A stretch of DNA of 32,000 bases, taken from contig CP178758.1 of assembly GCA_047651235.1 (NCBI GenBank), positions 960,001-992,000 on the forward strand. The letters are read 5' to 3'. Shown one piece after another: positions 16,729 through 24,142 of the stretch; positions within the stretch are counted from its first letter, which is position 1, and every line of letters starts with the position of its first letter. Below the pieces are notes generated by a model. The model made no database searches. It had not been told where the DNA came from and saw only the letters and a list, made by a program, of their open reading frames with translations. Made by a program: the position numbers and the translations under genes. Source of the stretch: Candidatus Electrothrix yaqonensis. Its GTDB lineage: Bacteria > Desulfobacterota > Desulfobulbia > Desulfobulbales > Desulfobulbaceae.

Positions 16729-16813
16729 TTGTATCAGTTTTTAGAGTAATGCGGTTTTTCCGCTGCCAGAGGGGCATTCGTGATCCCCAAGTCCCGGTGC
16801 CCCCGGCTGCTTG

Positions 16814-17599
16814 CTACGTAAGGCCAAGGCCGCAGAGCATGAATCCGAGAATCGGATAACATTTTGACCGGCAGGACGGATACAATCTGCCGTGTTGCCG
16901 GGTGCCAGAAGAGTTTTCCCGGCCTACATAAAACTCGGCCAGACCCAGCGGTTGCAGACTATATTTTACTGCATGCTGCAACAGCTTGGGTGCACAGCAG
17001 TCCCCTGTCCCGGTGGGGATACCTGTTCCCGGCGGAAAAAGCTCCTCCAATCCGGCGGCCTGTCCCTGAAAATTCCGCAGCCGGTACAGGCCGTGAATTG
17101 TCCGCATGAGCTGCTGCGATTTTTCCCTCCGTTGCCGGACAAGCTGCCGGTGTTGTTCGGTGCCCGGAGGAAGTACATCAATCTGTCTGCTCAACACCTT
17201 GATTTCCCGCTCTTCAGCATCATGCACCTGGTGAAAGGCTGCAACATCGAAGACAGGGTCAACCCAGCCCGGAACCTGCCACATGCCGTTGTATTGCCCG
17301 GAAAAAGCGCGCAGACATACCTCTGTCCCATTCGGGGCAAGGGCAACCATTACCCCGAACATCTTGCCCCGCGCCGCTCCCCAAAGGTATTCTGTTGCAG
17401 CAGAACGGCATGTTGTCTGCTGGGCGGAGCCGAAGAAATCGATCCGGTCCCCGTTTTCCAAACGATGGAGCAGGCGAAGAGCAGTCTGCAGAGCCGGGGC
17501 CGCAGGAAGATGGTGTTCTTTGCCGCAGTTCGGGCAGAACCCTGCCGCACCTGCCTGCTTTTCATCTGAAAACAAAATACTACCCTGTCTGCAGGACAA
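16814..17599 (-). CDS. Cysteine-rich conserved hypothetical protein. It resembles the N-terminal module that I recall being fused to long RluA-type pseudouridine synthases.
   Basis: 261-aa ORF with a TTG start in the track and no in-frame ATG before residue 80. Motifs seen: CPNCGKEHH, ...ARGKMFGVMV..., ...LRAFSG..., ...GTGDCCAPKLLQHA... and ...YPSCRSKCYPILGFML. The family assignment is from memory of similar sequences, not from a search. Confidence 0.45.
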   Translation of the reverse strand: MSCRQGSILFSDEKQAGAAGFCPNCGKEHHLPAAPALQTALRLLHRLENGDRIDFFGSAQQTTCRSAATEYLWGAARGKMFGVMVALAPNGTEVCLRAFSGQYNGMWQVPGWVDPVFDVAAFHQVHDAEEREIKVLSRQIDVLPPGTEQHRQLVRQRREKSQQLMRTIHGLYRLRNFQGQAAGLEELFPPGTGIPTGTGDCCAPKLLQHAVKYSLQPLGLAEFYVGRENSSGTRQHGRLYPSCRSKCYPILGFMLCGLGLT

Positions 17600-17757
17600 A
17601 TCAGGACAAATGCCTCTGAAACCAAGAAAAGATTAATGCATTTTTCGCGATTCACGCTATAGTTACCCACGTATAGACTCTCGGCAGGGAAACCGTGCCC
17701 TATGCCGCGTCAACCGGAAACCTGCCGGAAGGATAAACATAAACCGGAGAGAACTTC

Positions 17758-18483
17758 ATGTCAAAACAAGAGAGCACCTTTCACCTTAAAGATTTGCGGG
17801 ATACGGCCCATGTCCAGCATAACGGCGTCCTTGATCAACTGGACCTGCCCCCGGGGCTGGTCGAATTCCTGCAGAAAAATCAGCGAAAGATTTGGACCAT
17901 GGTCGGTATTGCCGCAGTGGTTGTCATTACTGTTTCCCTGTATACTTCGTACCGTACACATATGCTGAACAATGCGGTCACAGCGTATGATCACGCCCTG
18001 CTGCTGGACGGTGACCAGAAAAAGGCTGCTCTGCAGAAGGTGGCGGAGGACTACAGTTCCACGCCGTCTGCAACTTGGAGCCGGATTGAGCTGGCCCATA
18101 TTGAGCAGGAGACCGGCAATCTCAGCGCAGCAATCGACAGGCTGGAAGAGCTGAAGAGCGGACTGAAGGAAAAAGATCTGCTCAGGCCCTTGGTTCTGGC
18201 TAATCTTGGCGGCCTGTACGAGCAGAACAAACAGGCAGACAAGGCGATAACGACCTATGAAAAACTGAAAAAAATATCCGGTTTTGAAGCAATGGCCCTG
18301 AGCAGCCTCGGGCGGGTGTATGAAACCAAGGGCGAAAAAGACAAGGCCGTGGCTGCGTATCAGCGCTACATGAGCCTGACCGGAAAAAAAGATGCACAGG
18401 ATGGTGACGGCAGGACACCTCAGATGCCTGATTCACCGGATCGGGAACTGGTGCAGTTCAGCTTGAACCGGCTGCTACAGTAA
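17758..18483 (+). CDS. Single-pass membrane protein with TPR-like repeats (YfgM/UPF0070-like architecture)
   Basis: 241-aa ORF with one TM helix (IWTMVGIAAVVVITVSLYTSY), followed by TPR-like helices (...LANLGGLYEQNKQADKAITTYEKL...LSSLGRVYETKGEKDKAVAAYQRY). Confidence 0.55.
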   Translation: MSKQESTFHLKDLRDTAHVQHNGVLDQLDLPPGLVEFLQKNQRKIWTMVGIAAVVVITVSLYTSYRTHMLNNAVTAYDHALLLDGDQKKAALQKVAEDYSSTPSATWSRIELAHIEQETGNLSAAIDRLEELKSGLKEKDLLRPLVLANLGGLYEQNKQADKAITTYEKLKKISGFEAMALSSLGRVYETKGEKDKAVAAYQRYMSLTGKKDAQDGDGRTPQMPDSPDRELVQFSLNRLLQ

Positions 18484-18513
18484 GCGGTCATAAGCTGTCC
18501 CTGCCATGATGCC

Positions 18514-19365
18514 ATGAAAATCATCCGTCAACCTGCCGGAATGACGGCCTGGGCCAAGAAACAGGCCGCAGCCGGAAAGACCGTCGGTTTTGTTCCAACT
18601 ATGGGTTTTTTTCATAAGGGCCATCTTGCGCTGATGCGCCGGGCCGGGGAACTTGCTGATCGGGTCGTGGTCAGTCTGTTTGTCAACCCAACCCAGTTCG
18701 GTCCGCAAGAGGATCTGGCTGCTTATCCGAGAGATTTTGAACGCGATCGGGAACTGACTGCCGAATCCGGGGTGGATGTGCTTTTTGTCCCGGAAACCGA
18801 GGATATGTATCCGGCAGGCTGCAGTACCACCGTAACCGTGGGCGCGGAACTGACCGACCGGCTCTGCGGGGCATCCCGGCCCGGCCATTTTGCCGGGGTT
18901 GCCACGGTGGTCTGCAAGCTCTTCAATATTGTCCGCCCTGATCTGGCCGTGTTCGGGGAAAAGGATTTTCAGCAGCTGGCCGTGATCCGCCGGATGACCG
19001 GGGACCTGAATCTGGGCGTGGAGATTATCGGGCACCCCGTTGTCCGGGAACAGGACGGCCTGGCCATGAGCTCCCGCAATACCTATCTGGAGGCTGCACA
19101 GCGGGAATCAGCCTGCAGTCTTTGCCGTGCCATCAACCTTGCCCGAAAAATGGCTGCCGACGGTGAACGGGACGCAGAGCGGCTCAATGCTGCCCTACAG
19201 GAGTTCATTCTTTCCTTTCCTGATACTGCGGTGGATTATATCAGCTTTGTCCATCAGCTCACCCTGCAGCTGGTGGCCGAGGTGGATGAGGAGACCGTAC
19301 TGGCTCTGGCTGTGAAGATCGGCGGCAAAGTGCGGCTGATTGATAACGGTTATGTGGTAATATGA
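18514..19365 (+). CDS. panC: Pantoate-beta-alanine ligase (pantothenate synthetase)
   Basis: 283-aa ORF with ...VGFVPTMGFFHKGHLALM..., ...SLFVNPTQFGP...D...YPR and ...AMSSRN.... Confidence 0.9.
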   Translation: MKIIRQPAGMTAWAKKQAAAGKTVGFVPTMGFFHKGHLALMRRAGELADRVVVSLFVNPTQFGPQEDLAAYPRDFERDRELTAESGVDVLFVPETEDMYPAGCSTTVTVGAELTDRLCGASRPGHFAGVATVVCKLFNIVRPDLAVFGEKDFQQLAVIRRMTGDLNLGVEIIGHPVVREQDGLAMSSRNTYLEAAQRESACSLCRAINLARKMAADGERDAERLNAALQEFILSFPDTAVDYISFVHQLTLQLVAEVDEETVLALAVKIGGKVRLIDNGYVVI

Positions 19366-19381
19366 GGTATGAGGTGCTATT

Positions 19382-20419
19382 ATGAAACCTTTTTCTCAAT
19401 GGACAATTGCCGAAGTTGAACGAAAATTCCATCTCAACCGACGCAGCTATCTCGAAACGCTTGAGCAGTGGCTGCAGGCAGAAGAGGAAATTACACCTGA
19501 GGAAGAAAAATTGTTCACAGCGTTCCATGAACGCCTGCAGAACCATATCTGGGACTGGAATGAACAGGAGCTGAAAGGAAAATTCATTTTTCCCCTGCTG
19601 GCGGCAATCAACTTTGATAATGAGCAGTCTCAGGTATTTATTGAACGGGAAATCTCTGTTGCAGCGGGGAACACCACCTTGTCCGGGACGGTTGATTTGC
19701 TTGTTGCCGGCGGCAGGGGCTATCCTGAACGGCCATATTGTTTTACCTGTGTCTTCAGTCAGGAACAGGAAGGGAGGATTGACCCTTTAGGGCGGCTGCT
19801 CATCGCAATGGTCGCTGTTCAGAAGCTGAACGATGACAACAGACCGATTTACGGCTGCTATGTAACAGGAAGGCTCTGGTTTTTCGTTGTCCTGGAAGGA
19901 AAATATTATGCGGCAGCTCCGGCCTATGACGCAACAAAAGACGGTATCAGAGAGATTTTTTTCCCGCTGAAGGCAGTAAAGACAATCACTGCGGAATATG
20001 TCATATCGGAAGCAGAAAAAAAGAAGGAGACGCTGAACGCCACCGGCAACGCAGAAGAAAAACAATTGAGCCCTCTCCTGATGAATAATATTTTCGTCAC
20101 CCTGCCTGCCGACCTGAAACATGAGCGGTTTGATGAACTGCTGCGGGACGGAAATGTCCGGATTGAACGGATTGTCTCCAAAGGGCATGTCTCACCGAAA
20201 ACAGGCTGGTACGATGAGAGGGAAAACGAGTGGATACTTATCCTGCAGGGAGCCGGGACCATCCTGTTCGACGATGACAGTCGGATCACACTGCGGGAAG
20301 GGGATTATCTCCATATCCCGGCCTATGCCCGGCACAAAGTTGTCTGGACAGAACCGGATGAGCTTACCGTCTGGCTGGCTGTGCATTATCCTGTTGAAAA
20401 CATTCCGCCGGACCGGTAA
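19382..20419 (+). CDS. Two-domain protein: uncharacterised N-terminal domain (~230 aa) fused to a C-terminal cupin domain
   Basis: 345-aa ORF with ATG preceded by gaggtg. The C-terminal ~110 aa read ...VRIERIVSKGHVSPKTGWYDERENEWILILQGAGTILFDD...GDYLHIPAYARHKVVWT...TVWLAVHY, a stand-alone small-cupin pattern. I cannot assign the N-terminal domain (WNEQELKGKFIFPLL...GTVDLLVAGG...). Confidence 0.6.
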   Translation: MKPFSQWTIAEVERKFHLNRRSYLETLEQWLQAEEEITPEEEKLFTAFHERLQNHIWDWNEQELKGKFIFPLLAAINFDNEQSQVFIEREISVAAGNTTLSGTVDLLVAGGRGYPERPYCFTCVFSQEQEGRIDPLGRLLIAMVAVQKLNDDNRPIYGCYVTGRLWFFVVLEGKYYAAAPAYDATKDGIREIFFPLKAVKTITAEYVISEAEKKKETLNATGNAEEKQLSPLLMNNIFVTLPADLKHERFDELLRDGNVRIERIVSKGHVSPKTGWYDERENEWILILQGAGTILFDDDSRITLREGDYLHIPAYARHKVVWTEPDELTVWLAVHYPVENIPPDR

Positions 20420-20471
20420 ACAGATTTACATTTACAGCTACAGCAGCAAAAAAAAAGCAGGAGAATATCCG

Positions 20472-20678
20472 ATGGGCAGCCCGGCTCAGCTCTTCTGGGG
20501 AATCATGTTCGGAGCAATCGGCTCTGGATTTTTTATCTACGGAAAGAAGCAGAACGCCTTGATTCCGCTTGGTACAGGGATAGTTTTATGTGTTCTGCCC
20601 TATTTTATCTCCAACATATATCTGATGCTGCTCGTCGGTGTCCTGCTGATGAGTGTTCCGTATTTTTTTAAAGGATAA
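20472..20678 (+). CDS. Small hydrophobic membrane protein (68 aa)
   Basis: Internal ATG of track ORF 20121..20678, preceded by gcaggaga SD. MGSPAQLFWGIMFGAIGSGFFIYGKKQNALIPLGTGIVLCVLPYFISNIYLMLLVGVLLMSVPYFFKG gives two to three TM segments. Confidence 0.55.
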   Translation: MGSPAQLFWGIMFGAIGSGFFIYGKKQNALIPLGTGIVLCVLPYFISNIYLMLLVGVLLMSVPYFFKG

Positions 20679-20736
20679 CCAGTCCTATAATTTTATAGAT
20701 TATAGGGCGCCACAAAAAAAAGGCTCTTCTGATTCC

Positions 20737-22731
20737 ATGCAACGTATCGCTACTATTTCATTAATATTCATATCTTTTGTTTTTGTGTACTCATCTGCGC
20801 AGGGACAAGATGCGGTAGATGTTTCTCTGGCCTATTATGAAAAAGAACTGCTGCCTGAACGGTCAGCGCAGAGACCGAAACATCATGGACATACGATTGA
20901 TGAATCACAAGCAGTCAATATTTTTTATGTTGACTGCAATGATCCGGATGCAGACGATCAGAATCCGGGAACTGCTGATAAACCTTTCAAGGGCATTGCC
21001 TATGCTGTGCATTTTGTTAATGAACAAAAGATACCGGCCAGAATCATCATCAGGTCCGGAACGTATCGGGAGAACGTCGTGCTGGCCGGTGAGTATGCGT
21101 CCAAGAAGAAAGATCCTGTTCTGATCATCGAAGCTGAAAAAAAAGGAACAGTTTTCATCTCAGGTTCCGAGGCCCTGCAGGGTTGGAAAAAAGAGAACAA
21201 AGGAAAGCAGTACAGTGCTGCATGGCCGTACAGATGGGGGTTCAGCAGGTTGGAGCACGAAGAGAAACTCGAATATACCCAGCTCGGACGCAGAAAAGAG
21301 CTGGTCACCCTGAATGATACCCTGTTAACCCAACGGCTGTCCCGCAGCGAACTTGATGCCGGATCGTTCTTTGTTGATGAACAGGGTGGAAAAATTTATC
21401 TGCATCCGCCGGAGCATCCTGATAAAAATATCGATATAAACACAGCTGGTGCTGAAGTCGGCGTCAGGACGAAAATATTCGAGATTAAACGAAGAGCCAA
21501 TTTCATTCTTCGCGGCATCAATATACAGCATACAATGGGCACTATGCATGAGGTTGCTCTGCGGCTGGCTAATGTAGCCAATTTTCTGATTGAAGATTGT
21601 ACCATCTCCGACAACGCGACAACAGGAATGCTTCTCGTTCTGGCAGCAGACGGAACCCTGCGCAGGGTCTCCAGTGTCAATAACGGCGGCAATGGCCTGG
21701 ATATGTATATCGCCCAGTCGATTCTTGTCGAAGACAGCGAGTTTTCCTATAATTGCTGGCGGTCGAATCAGGCCCGTGTATGGCATTATTTTCCGGCAGG
21801 GGCAAAATTATGCTATGCCAGAAATATCGAACTCCGCAGAAATAAATTTATCGGTAATCTGGCCAGAGGCTTCTGGATTGATATTAATGGTGAATTTAAT
21901 CTCTTTACAGAAAATCTGGTGATGGATAATACTGATTTTGGTGTATTCATTGAAACCAGTCACGGGCCGACACGGATAGAAAGAAATACGATAACCGGCA
22001 ATAAGTACGGCATTATGGTCGGAGAAAGCTGGCTCACTGAACTGGTCGGCAATACCATCTTTCAGAACCGCAGGGGCCAAGTGGGCGTAAGGGCGATAAA
22101 AAACCGGACCCAGCAGGATATCAAAAACAGAGAATTCTTTTATGCTCAGGAGACACGGGGAGAACATCTGAGATTCAGGTACCTGCCCATGAAGCTGACC
22201 ATGAACAACAATATCTTGTTTTCAGACCGTAAAGAGGATGTCCTGTACCGGCACGATACAGATTTGGGAACAGGTTTTGCTGAACATATAAAAACGTACA
22301 AGGGAAAGAACAATATATTTTATCACACGAAGAAAGAAAAGGTATTCCTGCCTGAACCTGTCTATACTGATTTGACCTTGGAACAATGGCAGCAGAAAAC
22401 AGAGGAGGATACACAGTCCCAATGGCAGGAACCGAAAATATATTACGTAACCATACAGCAGAAAGGGAAGAATATTGCTGTTGATATCCATAATCCGAAA
22501 TCAAACGTGACAAAAGTGGAACTTTACGGGGCGAAGAAAAGAAATCTCACCCGGAAAGAACTTTACGTTGTTGATTGGAATACTGTACAAAAGAGAGCGG
22601 TCAAGGATTCGCCGCCCTATACCTTTGTCGTTCCTGCTGAACAATCAGAAGGCAACCGGATGTTCTTTGCCAAAGTATATACAGAAGACAATCAGGTGCT
22701 CCATTCAGGGAGAATCTTTGTTGCTCAGTAA
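20737..22731 (+). CDS. Secreted right-handed parallel beta-helix repeat protein (DUF1565/pectate-lyase-fold-like)
   Basis: ATG at 20737 gives a signal-peptide-like MQRIATISLIFISFVFVYSSAQG. ...FYVDCNDPDADDQNPGTADKPFKGIAYAV...IIIRSGTYRENVVL is the typical N-terminal cap of this family. It is followed by repetitive ...I.DN...G..., ...GN..G..., ...N.I.GN.YGI... turns. Visibly AT-richer than the backbone. Confidence 0.7.
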   Translation: MQRIATISLIFISFVFVYSSAQGQDAVDVSLAYYEKELLPERSAQRPKHHGHTIDESQAVNIFYVDCNDPDADDQNPGTADKPFKGIAYAVHFVNEQKIPARIIIRSGTYRENVVLAGEYASKKKDPVLIIEAEKKGTVFISGSEALQGWKKENKGKQYSAAWPYRWGFSRLEHEEKLEYTQLGRRKELVTLNDTLLTQRLSRSELDAGSFFVDEQGGKIYLHPPEHPDKNIDINTAGAEVGVRTKIFEIKRRANFILRGINIQHTMGTMHEVALRLANVANFLIEDCTISDNATTGMLLVLAADGTLRRVSSVNNGGNGLDMYIAQSILVEDSEFSYNCWRSNQARVWHYFPAGAKLCYARNIELRRNKFIGNLARGFWIDINGEFNLFTENLVMDNTDFGVFIETSHGPTRIERNTITGNKYGIMVGESWLTELVGNTIFQNRRGQVGVRAIKNRTQQDIKNREFFYAQETRGEHLRFRYLPMKLTMNNNILFSDRKEDVLYRHDTDLGTGFAEHIKTYKGKNNIFYHTKKEKVFLPEPVYTDLTLEQWQQKTEEDTQSQWQEPKIYYVTIQQKGKNIAVDIHNPKSNVTKVELYGAKKRNLTRKELYVVDWNTVQKRAVKDSPPYTFVVPAEQSEGNRMFFAKVYTEDNQVLHSGRIFVAQ

Positions 22732-22796
22732 CCACAGGAAGACAGGTAATTATTCCTGCAGCCGAAAATAACTCCTGACACCCCGCTGTAACCGTT

Positions 22797-23573
22797 ATGA
22801 TTCCGAACAATATATATCAGGAAATCCTGAACAGGCTTGCTCAGGCGGAAAAAGAACATGATGTCCGCGTCCTGTACGCTGTGGAGTCCGGCAGCCGGGC
22901 GTGGGGCTTTGCCTCCCCTGACAGCGACTACGATGTGCGCTTTATCTATGCGCATCCGAAAGACTGGTATCTTGCTGTTGACCTGGAAAAGCGGTGTGAT
23001 GTTATAGAATATCCGATAGTTGATGAAATTGATCTCAGCGGCTGGGATGTGCGCAAGGCCCTGCGGCTTTTCGGGAAATCAAACCCGGCTATTGTGGAAT
23101 GGCTGCACTCTCCAGTTGTCTACATTGAGCATCAGTCGTTTGCCGACAGGGCAAGACAGCTTCTGCCTGACATCTATTCTGTGGAAAAAGGCATCTACCA
23201 TTACCGCAGTATGGCGAAAACAAACTACAGAGGCTATCTGAAAGAGGAGAAAGTACTTTTGAAGAAATATTTCTACGTCCTGCGTCCGTTGCTCTCTGTT
23301 CTCTGGCTGGAAAAATATCGCTCTCCGGCACCGATAGAATTTGATAAACTGCGACAGCTTGTCCAACATGATATAACCCTGGAGGCGGCGACAGCAAAAT
23401 TGCTTGTCCGGAAAAAAGCCAGCAGAGAAAATAAAAAAAAACCGGCAATTCCGGTACTGAATGCGTTTATTGAGGCAGAGCTGGCCAGACTGGAAGACTT
23501 TAACGCCAAGCCGGAAAAACAACAGGGCGGAATGGACGCTGTCAACGCACTGTTTCGTGCCGTTATCTCCTGA
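22797..23573 (+). CDS. Nucleotidyltransferase-domain protein (Pol-beta superfamily, PF10127/RlaP-like)
   Basis: 258-aa ORF with ...[26 protein letters not shown]... (GS...DxD NTase signature) and ...[13 protein letters not shown]..., ...NPAIVEWL... and ...YFYVLRPLL. Confidence 0.7.
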   Translation: MIPNNIYQEILNRLAQAEKEHDVRVLYAVESGSRAWGFASPDSDYDVRFIYAHPKDWYLAVDLEKRCDVIEYPIVDEIDLSGWDVRKALRLFGKSNPAIVEWLHSPVVYIEHQSFADRARQLLPDIYSVEKGIYHYRSMAKTNYRGYLKEEKVLLKKYFYVLRPLLSVLWLEKYRSPAPIEFDKLRQLVQHDITLEAATAKLLVRKKASRENKKKPAIPVLNAFIEAELARLEDFNAKPEKQQGGMDAVNALFRAVIS

Positions 23574-23611
23574 ATCTCTCTGAGAGTATAATATTTTACA
23601 GAAACAACCAT

Positions 23612-23974
23612 ATGCAGCGAACAATGCTTAAATCCAAGATCCACCGGGCAACGATCACCGAGGCGGATCTTAACTATGACGGCAGCCTGACCATTGACCA
23701 GGATTTGCTGGATGCCGCCGGAATCATCCCTTTTGAACAGGTCAAGGTGTATAATATCAATAACGGAGAGCGCTTTGACACCTACGCCATCCGGGGTGAG
23801 CGAGGCTCCGGGGTCATCGGCCTGAACGGGGCGGCCGCCCGCAGAGGGCATGTGGGGGATCTGATCATCATTGTCAGTTATGCTCAATATGATGAGAGCG
23901 AGCTGGATGGTTTTACGCCGAAGATTCTGCTTTGTGATGAACAGAACAGAATTCGGGAACGAATTGAGATATAA
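23612..23974 (+). CDS. panD: Aspartate 1-decarboxylase proenzyme
   Basis: 120-aa [32 protein letters not shown]... (self-processing G-S site), then ...[10 protein letters not shown]... and ...GAAARR...GD..II. Confidence 0.9.
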   Translation: MQRTMLKSKIHRATITEADLNYDGSLTIDQDLLDAAGIIPFEQVKVYNINNGERFDTYAIRGERGSGVIGLNGAAARRGHVGDLIIIVSYAQYDESELDGFTPKILLCDEQNRIRERIEI

Positions 23975-24080
23975 CCCGGCAGCTCTCCGGCTTCTGTCGT
24001 GGCTGTATGTCTAAACACAAAATATGAGGAACAAACTACGTTCGGTGAAGAAGCGTCCTTTTCCTTCTTCAGCCCGACCC

Positions 24081-24136
24081 TTCCGCTTCTCCATAGACCG
24101 GGGCGGCACCTTTACCGATGTCTATGCCGAGGTGCC
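24081..24136 (+). repeat. Left direct repeat: orphan copy of codons 7-25 of the oxoprolinase gene ([19 protein letters not shown])
   Basis: 52/56 nt identical to 26596-26651. All 4 mismatches are synonymous third positions in the shared reading frame. Homology ends 6 nt before the stop of the convergent TPR gene. Confidence 0.9.
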
Positions 24137-24142
24137 AGCCGC

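Noticed and set aside
23273-23887. 204-aa minus-strand ORF spanning the NTase-panD junction
   Set aside because: It overlaps two well-supported + strand genes and crosses their intergenic spacer, and it has no motifs.
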